A stretch of 63,953 nt of DNA, counting the filler, from an uncultured bacterium (lineage in GTDB: Bacteria; DAOPZR01): NCBI GenBank assembly GCA_964637655.1. It is 12 parts of 12 records of this genome, joined end to end, with 100 filler letters (N's around TTAATTAATTAA, not from the genome) between each part and the next. Parts side by side here need not be neighbours in the genome. Positions count along the whole stretch, not along the records: positions 21,998 to 27,302 come from CAZWUZ010000262.1; positions 27,403 to 32,677 come from CAZWUZ010000263.1; positions 32,778 to 38,051 come from CAZWUZ010000264.1; 9 more parts are not named here. The stretch is one strand, 5' to 3'. The translations under genes and the position numbers were made by a program. The notes below the pieces were generated by a model. The model saw only the letters and a list, made by a program, of their open reading frames with translations. It searched no databases and was not told the DNA's origin. This document shows positions 26,919 through 36,264 of the stretch, in pieces (the stretch's first letter is position 1; each line of letters starts with the position of its first letter).

Positions 26919-27302
26919 CTACCGCGTCCACTGCTCCGCGAGTTCAAACCCGTTCAGGCCTGTCTCCATGAGGTTGCCCTGCGCATCATACACGATGATC
27001 GCCGGGATGGAGGACAGGTTGTACTGACGCGCCAGGGGCGACTGCCAGTCAATCCCCTGCACTCCCTTGCGGTTGATATCAACCTTGCGCACGACCACGT
27101 CGGGGCGGCTGACGGCCATTTTTTCCAGCAGCGGTGACAGGCGGCGGCACGGGGGGCAATACTCGGAATACATCTCGAACACCGTGATCTGCCCGGGGAC
27201 CGAATGCGCGGAGAGGTCGAGCGGGAGGCCCGGGTCGTGAAAGAGCTTGTTGAAAACTCGATCGACGCCGTTGCGGCCCGAATCGAGATAACCGTCGAGC
27301 AT
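26919..27302 (-). CDS. thioredoxin-like protein (5' truncated)
   Basis: YSEYCPPC, VRKVDI and SIP motifs. Confidence 0.8.
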   Translation of the reverse strand: MLDGYLDSGRNGVDRVFNKLFHDPGLPLDLSAHSVPGQITVFEMYSEYCPPCRRLSPLLEKMAVSRPDVVVRKVDINRKGVQGIDWQSPLARQYNLSSIPAIIVYDAQGNLMETGLNGFELAEQWTR

Positions 27303-27402
27303 NNNNNNNNNNNNNNNNNNNNNNNNNNNNNNNNNNNNNNNNNNNNTTAATTAATTAANNNNNNNNNNNNNNNNNNNNNNNNNNNNNNNNNNNNNNNNNN
27401 NN

Positions 27403-27920
27403 ATCAGTTCCATTTCTTTGGCCACCAGAGTGTCGAGCGCTTCACGCGCCTGCTGTGCGGCAAGACGACATTCACCCTCCTGCAGCGCATAGGCCTCGGC
27501 ATCACGATTCTCTTTGGCCAGCGCGATGATCCGGTCTATGCTCGCGCGATAGGTCTTGCGGGTCTCCTGGAAACGGGCAAGCAGTTCCCTGATCTCCGGT
27601 TCATCGATTTTTGCCTCGTACTCCTGCAGCAGTTCGCCGACCTTCTTCGACTGGTCGTTCAGCCCCTGCTCCTGCTTGGCGATGTCCGCAGGTGATTCCG
27701 CGCGGATGATGTCACGTAACTGCACCCGGAACAGCTGATACTCAGTGCGTACTTCCTGGATCGTCTTGATCGGCCCCATGAGGTCATCGAGCATGCCGGT
27801 ATAGTCGGCATTGGCCGTTTTCAACTCGTACGTCCCGTAGCCGCCAACTAGTGCGGTGAGCAATGCGACCAGCAGAAATCCACCAGTCAGTTTCTTCCCA
27901 ATCGAGATATTGTCCAGCAT
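27403..27920 (-). CDS. methyl-accepting chemotaxis protein, N-terminal TM1 and four-helix-bundle sensor (3' truncated); in frame with the upstream carbonic anhydrase
   Basis: MLDNISIGKKLTGGFLLVALL...Y.GM...L..I... is a typical 4HB_MCP start; own AGAGGGGG RBS; lies in a che operon. Confidence 0.8.
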
Positions 27921-28811
27921 GGCATTTCCCCCTCTGTGAAGCGCAATATGCCGGTCGCAGGCGGCCGGTTGTGCAACGGGTACTGCACGGCGCTGGCGCC
28001 AGAGCACGACGCCCAGCACCAGCAACAGCACGATTGCTCCTGTATACCCCCACGCGCGATGCCGCGCGGCGATCGTAAGGTCCTCTCCGAGCGTCTCGGG
28101 GTCAGCCATGGCCGCGACTGAGTGCCCGTCATAAACGACTTTGACCTCACCGCTCGCCAGGTGATAGCGCGCGCCGACGATGCCGATTTCTCCGCGTTGC
28201 AGCATCGCGCGAAGCGGTTCGCTGCGCGAGAGGATGCTGCGGATAACTTCCTCCAGGTTGGCATCGATACAGGCGGAAATATGTTCTGCTTCGTCGCCAT
28301 GCGCCGCGGTGCGCGCGACCGCCGGGCGGATGGCACTGACGATGGCCCCGATACTCCCCTCGTCACCGCCATGTCCACCATGCCCCTCCGCCGCCTGCAC
28401 GGAAGCGGTCACCGCCCCGCAGGCATCATGGGCGAGCACCACCAGCAGGCGCGACCCGGTATGTTCCATGGCATATTCGAGTGATCCGAGTGCCACCGGT
28501 GAGACGATGTTGCCGGCCGTGCGCACGACAAACAGGTCGCCCAGCCCGCGATTGAACAGCAGTTCCGGCGGCACCCGCGAATCGGCGCAGCCAAGCACGG
28601 CAACCGGCGGCTGCTGACCGGCGGTCAGTTCCGCACGGCGGGCAGGCGTACGGTGTCCGGCTGCCGTCCCGGCACGGAAGGCCTCATTATCAGCGAGTAG
28701 CGCTGCCAGCAGTTCGTCAGGCGCAGGGCCGCCGGCATGACCGCCGGTGGAGGAAGCGAAAGCCGGCAGTACCGCCAGCATCATCAGGACCAGCAGGGTG
28801 ATGGGCTTCAT
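27921..28811 (-). CDS. secreted, membrane-anchored beta-carbonic anhydrase; no stop codon before the MCP
   Basis: Signal peptide; LGCADSRVPPE, VVRTAGN, GSLEYA and HDACGAV motifs; C-terminal TM helix. Confidence 0.88.
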
Positions 28812-29509
28812 GCCGGTCCCCCTGTCATTGCCGGCGCAGCAAGCGGGACAACCGTGCCGGTGGCCAGCTCGTAGCGCGCCCCGATGATTTTGATTGAATT
28901 ATGCGCCTGCAGGTCCCGTATCGGCCGGCTGCGTTTGAGTATGGTGCTGATTACCGTGCGAACATTCTCATCCACGCATTGTGCGACATGTTCCTGCTCG
29001 CTGTGCCCTGCCCGCGGGATACGACGCACCACCGGCAGAATTTCTTCAACGACAGAGCCCAGATTGCCCGGAATACCGGTAGCGCTGCCGGCGGCAATTG
29101 TCGCTTTGACCGCGCCGCACTCGCTGTGTCCGAGCACGACCAGCAGCGGTGCCTGCAGGTGCACCAGCCCGTATTCCAGCGACTCGAGTTCAACCGGCGA
29201 GACAATGTTGCCCGCGGAGCGGACCACAAACACGTCACCAATCCCCTGGTCGAAGATGATTTCCGGCGGCACCCGCGAATCGGCGCAGCCCAGCAGCACC
29301 ACCTGCGGATGCTGGCCCGCGACGACCTCCGCACGACGGGCCGCGTGGTTCCGCACCCGGAACGTGCCGGCAACAAAACGTGCGTTCCCCTCTGCCAGTG
29401 CCAGCCAGGTGTCATCCGCACCGGGGGGAGGAGCGGCGCCTGCCAGCAGTGCCAGCGCCAGCAGGCAGCTGCCTGTGAGCACGCCGATGACGTGTCGACG
29501 TTCAGGCAT
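28808..29509 (-). CDS. secreted beta-carbonic anhydrase
   Basis: Signal peptide; L.EGNARF, LGCADSRVPPE, VVRSAGN and GHSECGAV motifs. Confidence 0.92.
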   Translation of the reverse strand: MPERRHVIGVLTGSCLLALALLAGAAPPPGADDTWLALAEGNARFVAGTFRVRNHAARRAEVVAGQHPQVVLLGCADSRVPPEIIFDQGIGDVFVVRSAGNIVSPVELESLEYGLVHLQAPLLVVLGHSECGAVKATIAAGSATGIPGNLGSVVEEILPVVRRIPRAGHSEQEHVAQCVDENVRTVISTILKRSRPIRDLQAHNSIKIIGARYELATGTVVPLAAPAMTGGPA

Positions 29510-29513
29510 GGTG

Positions 29514-29996
29514 TTATTCCTTGCCCTGGCGCATGCCGGCCAGCACGTTCATTTCCGCGCCGGTCAGCACCTTGTCGATGTCGAGCAGCATGCGCACCTT
29601 GTTCTCCGACTTGCCGATGCCGAGGATGTAGGCGGTATCGATCCCCGCCCCGAACTCCGGCGGCGCCTCGATATCCGCGGTGCCGATGTCCGAGACCTCC
29701 GACACACGGTCGACGATGATGCCCATTTCGAGCCCCTGCGTCTTGACGACGATGACACAGGTCTCCTCCGTCTGTTCCTTGGCCGGCATCGCCAGTTTCG
29801 CGCGCAGGTCGATGACCGGGATGATGTGACCGCGCAGGTTGATAACCCCTTTGATAAAGTCGGGCATGCGCGGCACCGGGGTAATGGCCATCATCCCGAT
29901 GATTTCCTGCACCTTCAATATCTCGATGCCGTACTCCTCCTCAGCGAGAAAAAAAGTCAGGAACTTCCCCCCCTGTATCGCTGCTGTCTCCGCCAT
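29514..29996 (-). CDS. cheW: chemotaxis coupling protein CheW
   Basis: FLTFFLAEEEYGIEILKVQEI, GVINLRG.IIPVIDLR and GIIVDRVSEV motifs. Confidence 0.95.
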   Translation of the reverse strand: MAETAAIQGGKFLTFFLAEEEYGIEILKVQEIIGMMAITPVPRMPDFIKGVINLRGHIIPVIDLRAKLAMPAKEQTEETCVIVVKTQGLEMGIIVDRVSEVSDIGTADIEAPPEFGAGIDTAYILGIGKSENKVRMLLDIDKVLTGAEMNVLAGMRQGKE

Positions 29997-30044
29997 AACC
30001 GCCTCCTTGTTATGCATTTCCTGTATGGTCACGCGTCGTGCGCG

Positions 30045-32180
30045 TCATCTGTCCTGCTGCGGGGCAAGCGCACGCGGATCGAGGATCAGGCCGACATTGC
30101 CGTCCCCGAGGATGGCGCCGCCCGACACCCCATCGACTTTGCCGATCCCTTCGCCCAGCGACTTGGCCACCACCTGCACCTGCCCGAGCAGTTCGTCAAC
30201 CAGAATGGCGAAATTAGCCTGCCCTTCGTTGATGAGCATGAGCAGCCCGTCCGTAAGCGCCTCGCAGGCGCCCGGCAGGCCGAAGTGACGGTGCAATCGC
30301 ACCACGGGGATGAGTTCGTCCTGAAAGCGAACCATTTCGCCACGCCCGGCGATGGTCGACAGCATGTCCGGCTCCGGCTTGAGCGTGGTGCGGATGGCGA
30401 GCAACGGCACGACATAGCGCTGGTCAGCCACGCGCACGACCATACCGTCAGTGATGGCCATGGTGAGCGGCACGCGGATAATGAAGGTGCACCCCTGTCC
30501 GGGACGGTTGCGGATCTCGATGAGGCCGCGCAGCCCCTCAATGGCACGTTTGACCACGTCCATGCCGACCCCGCGTCCCGAGACGTCAGAGACGACCTCC
30601 GCGGTGGAGAACCCCGCGGCGAAGATGAGCAGGTTGACCGCGTCGTCGGACGGTTCCTCGTCCGCCGCCACCATCCCGTTCTTCCGCGCCTTGGCGAGAA
30701 TACGGCCGCGGTCGAGCCCCGCCCCGTCATCCTCGATTTCGAAAACGACGTTGCCGCCGGCGTGGTAGGCGGAGAGTTTCACCGTCCCCGCCTCCGGCTT
30801 GCCGCGCTGTGTGCGGACATCAGGCGCCTCAACCCCGTGGTCGCAGGAGTTGCGTACCATGTGCACCAGCACGTCGTTGATGGCTTCGACCATGTTGCGG
30901 TCGATCTCGGTGTCCTCGCCTGAGGTGACGAAGCCGATATTCTTGCCGCTCTTGCGCGACAGGTCGCGCACGAGACGCTGCATCTTCTGGAAGGTCTGGC
31001 GCAGCGGCACGAGGCGCATCGCCATGCCGAGCGTCTGCAGTTCGCGCACGATCTTTGCCGACTGCTCCACCTTGCGCAGCAGTTCGTAGTGCTGCCCGTC
31101 CGTGGCGGTCGGGTCGGCGTCGAGCATCGACTGGGCGATGACCAGCTCCCCGACAAGATTGACCAGGCGGTCGAGCCGGTCGGTGCGCACCCGCGTGGTC
31201 GCTTCCGCCGTTGCGGTCGCCGCCGCTTCCGGTTTCCCCTGCTGCTGGCGCAGCGCCTGCCCGACTTCGCTGGCCGAGGCGACCTGCGCGCGCACCAGCG
31301 CCTCGCCGATTGGGGCGTCGCCCTTGCTGGCGGCCACCGCCTCGATCTCCTCGGCCGTCGCCGTACCCTCGGCAACGAGGATGTCCCCCAGGCGCTGTGC
31401 GCGCCCGGCGGGCACCGTGGCGGCCCCGGCGACGAGGTCGAGGTTGCGCAATTTGTGCATCTGCCCGTCGAAGGCTTCCGGCTTGCGCACCGGACTGCCG
31501 CCCAGCGCGTCCTGTATCCCCTGTACCAGTTCCTTCATCAGGTCGACCGAGGCGAGCGCCAGGTCGGCATAGGCGGGGGTATAGCGGATTTCCCCCTCGC
31601 GCACGCGCGAGAGGAACGACTCGGTGTGGTGCGCCAGTTCCGAGACCATGCGGAAACCGAGGAAGGCAGCCATCCCCTTCATCGTGTGGAAGGCACGGAA
31701 GATGGTGTTGATCGCCTCCTTGTCGTCCGGGTTGGTTTCGAGCGTGAGGAGCGAGCCCTCGGCAAAGCCGATGTTGTCGCGGCTCTCCGTGATGAAATCC
31801 GCCATCATGCCGGCGTCAAGATCGGCAGGAAGCACTTCCTCCGGCGGGAAGACCTCCATGTGCGCGGGTGCCGCCGGCGCGGCCGCGGCTGCCGGGGCGG
31901 GCGTGGCTGACGAGGGGAGAGGCTCCTCCGCCTCGGTTTCCGCCACCTGCTGCGCCGTCTCGATGAACATGCCCGCCACCGTCAAGGCCATGGCATCGCC
32001 GTCGACGCATTCCGCGACGGCGTTGCGCGCCTGGGTCAGCCGTTCGCCGACGCGGACACTGACACCGCTGCCGGCCAGCAGCGTGTCGAGCGACGCGAGC
32101 AGCAGCCGCAGGTGTTCCGGGTTGTCGGCATCCGCCTGGACCAGCAGTCGCGCGATGTCGTGCAGGGTCGGGTTGTCCAT
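30045..32180 (-). CDS. cheA: chemotaxis histidine kinase CheA
   Basis: Hpt IFRAFHTMKG, LVNLVGELVI, HMVRNSCDHG, DDGAG, GFSTA..VSDVSGRGVGMDVV and a CheW-like domain. Confidence 0.95.
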   Translation of the reverse strand: MDNPTLHDIARLLVQADADNPEHLRLLLASLDTLLAGSGVSVRVGERLTQARNAVAECVDGDAMALTVAGMFIETAQQVAETEAEEPLPSSATPAPAAAAAPAAPAHMEVFPPEEVLPADLDAGMMADFITESRDNIGFAEGSLLTLETNPDDKEAINTIFRAFHTMKGMAAFLGFRMVSELAHHTESFLSRVREGEIRYTPAYADLALASVDLMKELVQGIQDALGGSPVRKPEAFDGQMHKLRNLDLVAGAATVPAGRAQRLGDILVAEGTATAEEIEAVAASKGDAPIGEALVRAQVASASEVGQALRQQQGKPEAAATATAEATTRVRTDRLDRLVNLVGELVIAQSMLDADPTATDGQHYELLRKVEQSAKIVRELQTLGMAMRLVPLRQTFQKMQRLVRDLSRKSGKNIGFVTSGEDTEIDRNMVEAINDVLVHMVRNSCDHGVEAPDVRTQRGKPEAGTVKLSAYHAGGNVVFEIEDDGAGLDRGRILAKARKNGMVAADEEPSDDAVNLLIFAAGFSTAEVVSDVSGRGVGMDVVKRAIEGLRGLIEIRNRPGQGCTFIIRVPLTMAITDGMVVRVADQRYVVPLLAIRTTLKPEPDMLSTIAGRGEMVRFQDELIPVVRLHRHFGLPGACEALTDGLLMLINEGQANFAILVDELLGQVQVVAKSLGEGIGKVDGVSGGAILGDGNVGLILDPRALAPQQDR

Positions 32181-32212
32181 GCCGTGCCTCAATGCGACGC
32201 GATCGGCGTCGC

Positions 32213-32590
32213 TTATTTCCAGCGGTCGATCTTGGCGTTCAGGTGCTTCACTTCGTCCACAAGTTCCTGCATCGAGCGGAACGGCTTGGTGAAGTAGTCG
32301 GTCGCCCCCTGCCCGAGGCAGTGCACGACATTGTCCATCGAGGTGAACCCGGTGATCATGACGATATTGACCAGCGGGTTGTATTCCTTCAGGCGCACGA
32401 TGAGGTCCTTGCCGTCGACGTCAGGCAGGCGGATATCGCAGAGCACGATATTGTGCAGTTTCGCGCGGTAAAGGTTCAGCGCCGCCTCACCGGTCATGGC
32501 GGTCTCCACCGGGAAGCCCGCCAGTTTCAGGTAGCGGGCCAGCAGTTCGAGGATGGCCTCTTCGTCGTCGATAATCAGCACCGATTCCAT
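32213..32590 (-). CDS. single-domain response regulator
   Basis: LIIDDE, LCDIRLPDVDG, MITG and DYFTKPF motifs. Confidence 0.9.
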   Translation of the reverse strand: MESVLIIDDEEAILELLARYLKLAGFPVETAMTGEAALNLYRAKLHNIVLCDIRLPDVDGKDLIVRLKEYNPLVNIVMITGFTSMDNVVHCLGQGATDYFTKPFRSMQELVDEVKHLNAKIDRWK

Positions 32591-32601
32591 GTTTCCTGAC
32601 C

Positions 32602-32676
32602 TCATGCCTCAGCCGTGGCGAGCACGGTTTTCTTGAACTCCGCCCGCGAGCGGAAGGGTTTGGTGACAAACGCCGC
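32602..32676 (-). CDS. C-terminus of a receiver-domain protein (5' truncated)
   Basis: AAFVTKPFRSRAEFKKTV. Confidence 0.55.
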   Translation of the reverse strand, partial: AAFVTKPFRSRAEFKKTVLATAEA

Positions 32677-32777
32677 GNNNNNNNNNNNNNNNNNNNNNNN
32701 NNNNNNNNNNNNNNNNNNNNNTTAATTAATTAANNNNNNNNNNNNNNNNNNNNNNNNNNNNNNNNNNNNNNNNNNNN

Positions 32778-33102
32778 GGATGGCGCCGTCCATCTGCGCC
32801 GCGCCGGTGATCATGTTCTTGATGTAGTCGGCATGCCCCGGGCAGTCGACGTGCGCATAGTGGCGTTTTTCCGACTCGTACTCGACGTGTGACGTCGCAA
32901 TGGTGAGGATCTTCGTCGGGTCGCGCCGCCCCTGCGACTCGGACGCCTTGGCGATGTCATCGTAGCTCTTGAACGTCGCCAGGCCCTTCGTCTCCAGCAC
33001 CTTGGTCAGCGACGCCGTCAGCGTCGTCTTGCCGTGGTCGACGTGGCCGATGGTGCCCACATTGACGTGCGGCTTGGTCCGGTTGAACTTTTCCTTTGCC
33101 AT
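32778..33102 (-). CDS. tuf: elongation factor Tu (3' truncated)
   Basis: [29 protein letters not shown] and [25 protein letters not shown]. Confidence 0.98.
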
Positions 33103-33210
33103 AATCCTGCATCCTCCTAAAAGGTTTTTTTCTACTGCCTGGCGGACAGCGCCGCGCGTCCCGCGGCCGGCCGTCCCCGTCACCTGTGTATCGCCACGTC
33201 ACCCCGTGCG

Positions 33211-35262
33211 TCAGGTGACCATCGTTTTTGCCACCGCGTCCGGCAGCGGCGCGAACTGCGCGAACTCCATCGTGTACGTCGCGCGCCCCTGCGTCAGCGA
33301 GCGCAGTTCGTTAGCATACCCGAACATCGCCCGCAACGGCACCGTCACGTCGATCACCTGCGCCGTGCCGTGCGCCGTCATGCCGCTCACCGCGCCCCCG
33401 CGACTGCTCAGCGACCCGAGCACCGCCCCGAGAAACTCCTCCGGGGTCTCCACCGCGACCCGCATCACCGGTTCGAGCAGCACCGGCTGCCCGTCCTTCA
33501 CCGCCGCGCGCAGCGCGCGCCCCGCGGCAATCGCATAATCTGCCGGCTCGCTGCCGTCCTTCCCCTGCGCCGCGACCAGCGTCACCGCCAGCCCGCTCAG
33601 CGGGTAGCCCGCCAGCGGCCCCGCGCTCTGCGCCCCGCGCACCCCGTCTTCCACCGCCTGCGCGATGGCCGGCGTCAGCGTCACCGCGCTGCGCCAGGTC
33701 AACCCGCCGCCGGGCCCGGGGGCAACCGCCAGCGTCACGCTCGCATAGTGCAGCGTATCGCCCAGCTGTCGCTCATACTCCGCGGTGTGCGTCACCGCCG
33801 CCGTTACCGTCTCCTGGTACGCCACCTGCGGCTGCCCGACATTGGCGGCGACCTTGAACTCGCGCCGCAGGCGGTCCACCTTGATATCGAGGTGGAGTTC
33901 CCCCATGCCGCCGATAATCGTCTGCCCCGTCTCCGCATCCACCTGCACGCGAAACGTCGGATCCTCATCCGCCAGCCGCGCCAGCGCCTTCGCCAGTTTC
34001 TCGCGCTCGGCCTGCGTGCGCGGCTCGATGGCGATGCTCACCACCGGCTCGGGAAACCGCAGCGCCTCGAGCACCACCGGGTGCTCCCGGTCGCACAGCG
34101 TGTCGCCCGTCGCCACCTGCTCGGCCCCGACCACGGCAATGATGTCGCCGGTCGCCGCCTGCGCCAGTTCCTCGCGGCGGTTGGCATGCAGGCGGAACAG
34201 TTTCTGCAGGCGGACCTTGCGTCCGGTGCGGCCGTTTACCACCGCCGCCCCTGCCTTGACCGTTCCCGCATATACCCGCACATACACCAGCCGATCCGTA
34301 TGCTGATCGCTGTCGATCTTGAAGACCAGCGCCGTGAACGGTTCCCCGTCCGCGGGCCGGCGCTCGCACCGTTCCTCAGTCGCCGGGTGGAGGCCCACCA
34401 CGGGCGGCAGGTCAAGCGGTGACGGCAGGTAGCGTACGATGCCGTCGAGCAGCGGCTGTACGCCCCGGTTCCGGAAGGCCGCGCCGAAGTAGGTCGGCGT
34501 TACGGCCTGTGCCAGTGTCGCTCGGCGTATTCCGTTGTGAATCTCCTCCTCCGTGATGCCTGCTTCATCCTCGAGAAACTTCGCGAGGAATTCGTCGTCA
34601 TGTTCCGCCAGGCGTTCCAGCATCGCCGCCCGCGCCGCCTGTGCCGCACCCGCCAGTTCCGCGGGCACGTCCTCTGCCGCGACGGTCCGCCCGTCACCCT
34701 CACTCCACGTCAACAGCCGCATGGTGATCAGGTCGATCACTCCGCGGAAGTCCGCCTCCCGCCCCACCGGCAGCTGCAGCGCCAGGGGCACCGCCCCCAG
34801 TTTCTCGCGCATCTCCCGCAGGCAGCACTCCGGGTCCGCCCCGAGCCGGTCGAGCTTGTTGACGAACGCCAGCCGCGGCACCCCGTAGCGGTTCGCCTGC
34901 CGCCAGACCGTCTCGCTCTGCGGCTGCACGCCGCCCGCGGCGCAGAAGACGCCGACCGCCCCGTCCAGTACCCGCAGTGACCGTTCCACCTCCGCGGTGA
35001 AGTCGACGTGCCCCGGGGTATCAATCAGCGCCAGCGTGTGTTCCTGCCACTGGCAGGTGATCGCCGCGCTGACGATGGTGATGCCGCGCTCCTGCTCCTG
35101 GACCATCCAGTCGGTGACGGTATTGCCGTCGTCGACGTTGCCCAGCCGGTGCGTGCGCCCCGTGTAGTAGAGTATCCTTTCCGTCAGTGTCGTTTTGCCC
35201 GCGTCAATGTGCGCGATGATACCGAAATTGCGCAGGCGCCCTATCTCGCCCTCGCGGGCCAT
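33211..35262 (-). CDS. fusA: elongation factor G with divergent domain IV
   Basis: [27 protein letters not shown] and GMGELHL motifs; str operon position. Confidence 0.93.
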   Translation of the reverse strand: MAREGEIGRLRNFGIIAHIDAGKTTLTERILYYTGRTHRLGNVDDGNTVTDWMVQEQERGITIVSAAITCQWQEHTLALIDTPGHVDFTAEVERSLRVLDGAVGVFCAAGGVQPQSETVWRQANRYGVPRLAFVNKLDRLGADPECCLREMREKLGAVPLALQLPVGREADFRGVIDLITMRLLTWSEGDGRTVAAEDVPAELAGAAQAARAAMLERLAEHDDEFLAKFLEDEAGITEEEIHNGIRRATLAQAVTPTYFGAAFRNRGVQPLLDGIVRYLPSPLDLPPVVGLHPATEERCERRPADGEPFTALVFKIDSDQHTDRLVYVRVYAGTVKAGAAVVNGRTGRKVRLQKLFRLHANRREELAQAATGDIIAVVGAEQVATGDTLCDREHPVVLEALRFPEPVVSIAIEPRTQAEREKLAKALARLADEDPTFRVQVDAETGQTIIGGMGELHLDIKVDRLRREFKVAANVGQPQVAYQETVTAAVTHTAEYERQLGDTLHYASVTLAVAPGPGGGLTWRSAVTLTPAIAQAVEDGVRGAQSAGPLAGYPLSGLAVTLVAAQGKDGSEPADYAIAAGRALRAAVKDGQPVLLEPVMRVAVETPEEFLGAVLGSLSSRGGAVSGMTAHGTAQVIDVTVPLRAMFGYANELRSLTQGRATYTMEFAQFAPLPDAVAKTMVT

Positions 35263-35284
35263 TGCTGCCGTCCGTCCGTGCTGC

Positions 35285-35758
35285 TTACCAGCGGTAATGC
35301 GCGAACGCGCGGTTCGCTTCCGCCATCTTGAACGTGTCTTCCTTCTTCTTGATCGCCCCGCCCTGGTTGTTGTAGGCGTCGAGCAGTTCGCCCGCCAGGC
35401 GCTTCGCCATGCCCGGTTCCTTGCGGTCGCGCGCATAGCCGATCAGCCAGCGGAAGGCCAGCGTCAGCCGCCGCTCCGGGCGCACTTCGACCGGCACCTG
35501 GTAGTTGGCGCCGCCAACGCGACGCGAGCGGACCTCGAGCACCGGCTTGACATTCTCGACCGCCTTCTCGAACACCTCGAGCGGGTCCTTCTTCGCCTTC
35601 TCCTTGATGATGGCAAAGGCGTCGCTGACGATCTTCTCGCACGCTGCCGCCTTGCCCGCCCACATCATCGTGGTGATGAACTTGCCCAGCAGTTCGTTGT
35701 GATAGACCGGATCGACGCGGCGGGCGCGCGCGAAACTTTTGGTTTTCTTCCGTGGCAT
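35285..35758 (-). CDS. rpsG: 30S ribosomal protein S7
   Basis: [15 protein letters not shown] and [13 protein letters not shown]. Confidence 0.98.
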   Translation of the reverse strand: MPRKKTKSFARARRVDPVYHNELLGKFITTMMWAGKAAACEKIVSDAFAIIKEKAKKDPLEVFEKAVENVKPVLEVRSRRVGGANYQVPVEVRPERRLTLAFRWLIGYARDRKEPGMAKRLAGELLDAYNNQGGAIKKKEDTFKMAEANRAFAHYRW

Positions 35759-35773
35759 GGTCCTGGCTCTCCT

Positions 35774-36151
35774 CTACGCGCCCTTCGGCCGCTTCGTCCC
35801 GTACTTCGACCGGCTCTGTTTCCGGTCGGCGACGCCCTGCGTGTCGAGGGTGCCGCGCAGCAGGTGGTAGCGCACGCCCGGCAGGTCCTTCACGCGCCCG
35901 CCGCGCACCAGCACGATGCTGTGCTCCTGCAGGTTGTGTCCCTCGCCCGGGATGTACGCCGTCACCTCGTAGCCGCTGGTCAGGCGCACGCGCGCCACCT
36001 TGCGCATCGCCGAGTTCGGCTTCTTCGGGGTCACCGTGTACACGCGCGTGCACACGCCGCGCCGCTGCGGACACGCCTTCAGCGCGGGGGCCTTCGTCTT
36101 GCTGCGCACCGGCTGCCGGTTGCGCTTGATCAACTGGTTCGTCGTCGGCAC
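35774..36151 (-). CDS. rpsL: 30S ribosomal protein S12
   Basis: GTG start [24 protein letters not shown] and [12 protein letters not shown] motifs. Confidence 0.98.
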   Translation of the reverse strand: MPTTNQLIKRNRQPVRSKTKAPALKACPQRRGVCTRVYTVTPKKPNSAMRKVARVRLTSGYEVTAYIPGEGHNLQEHSIVLVRGGRVKDLPGVRYHLLRGTLDTQGVADRKQSRSKYGTKRPKGA

Positions 36152-36264
36152 TGCTCTCTCCTTGAGACCGCGGCACACACACCGTCCGCCCCGCGGACGG
36201 CGCACACCCGGCGCCGCAATTCGCGTATACTACCATACTCTACAGCCACTGTCAAGTCCCCCGG

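Noticed and set aside
4541-28811. Alternative genetic code as the explanation for two stop-less in-frame gene junctions (about 5050 and 27950)
   Set aside because: No shared unusual codon at the junctions, and TAA, TAG and TGA all terminate conserved genes normally elsewhere.
28884-30923. Long antisense ORFs (for example 28884..30923, 49023..51119, 50941..52788, 61614..63359, 63100..63924)
   Set aside because: Shadows of well-supported genes on the opposite strand in GC-rich DNA, with no recognisable motifs.
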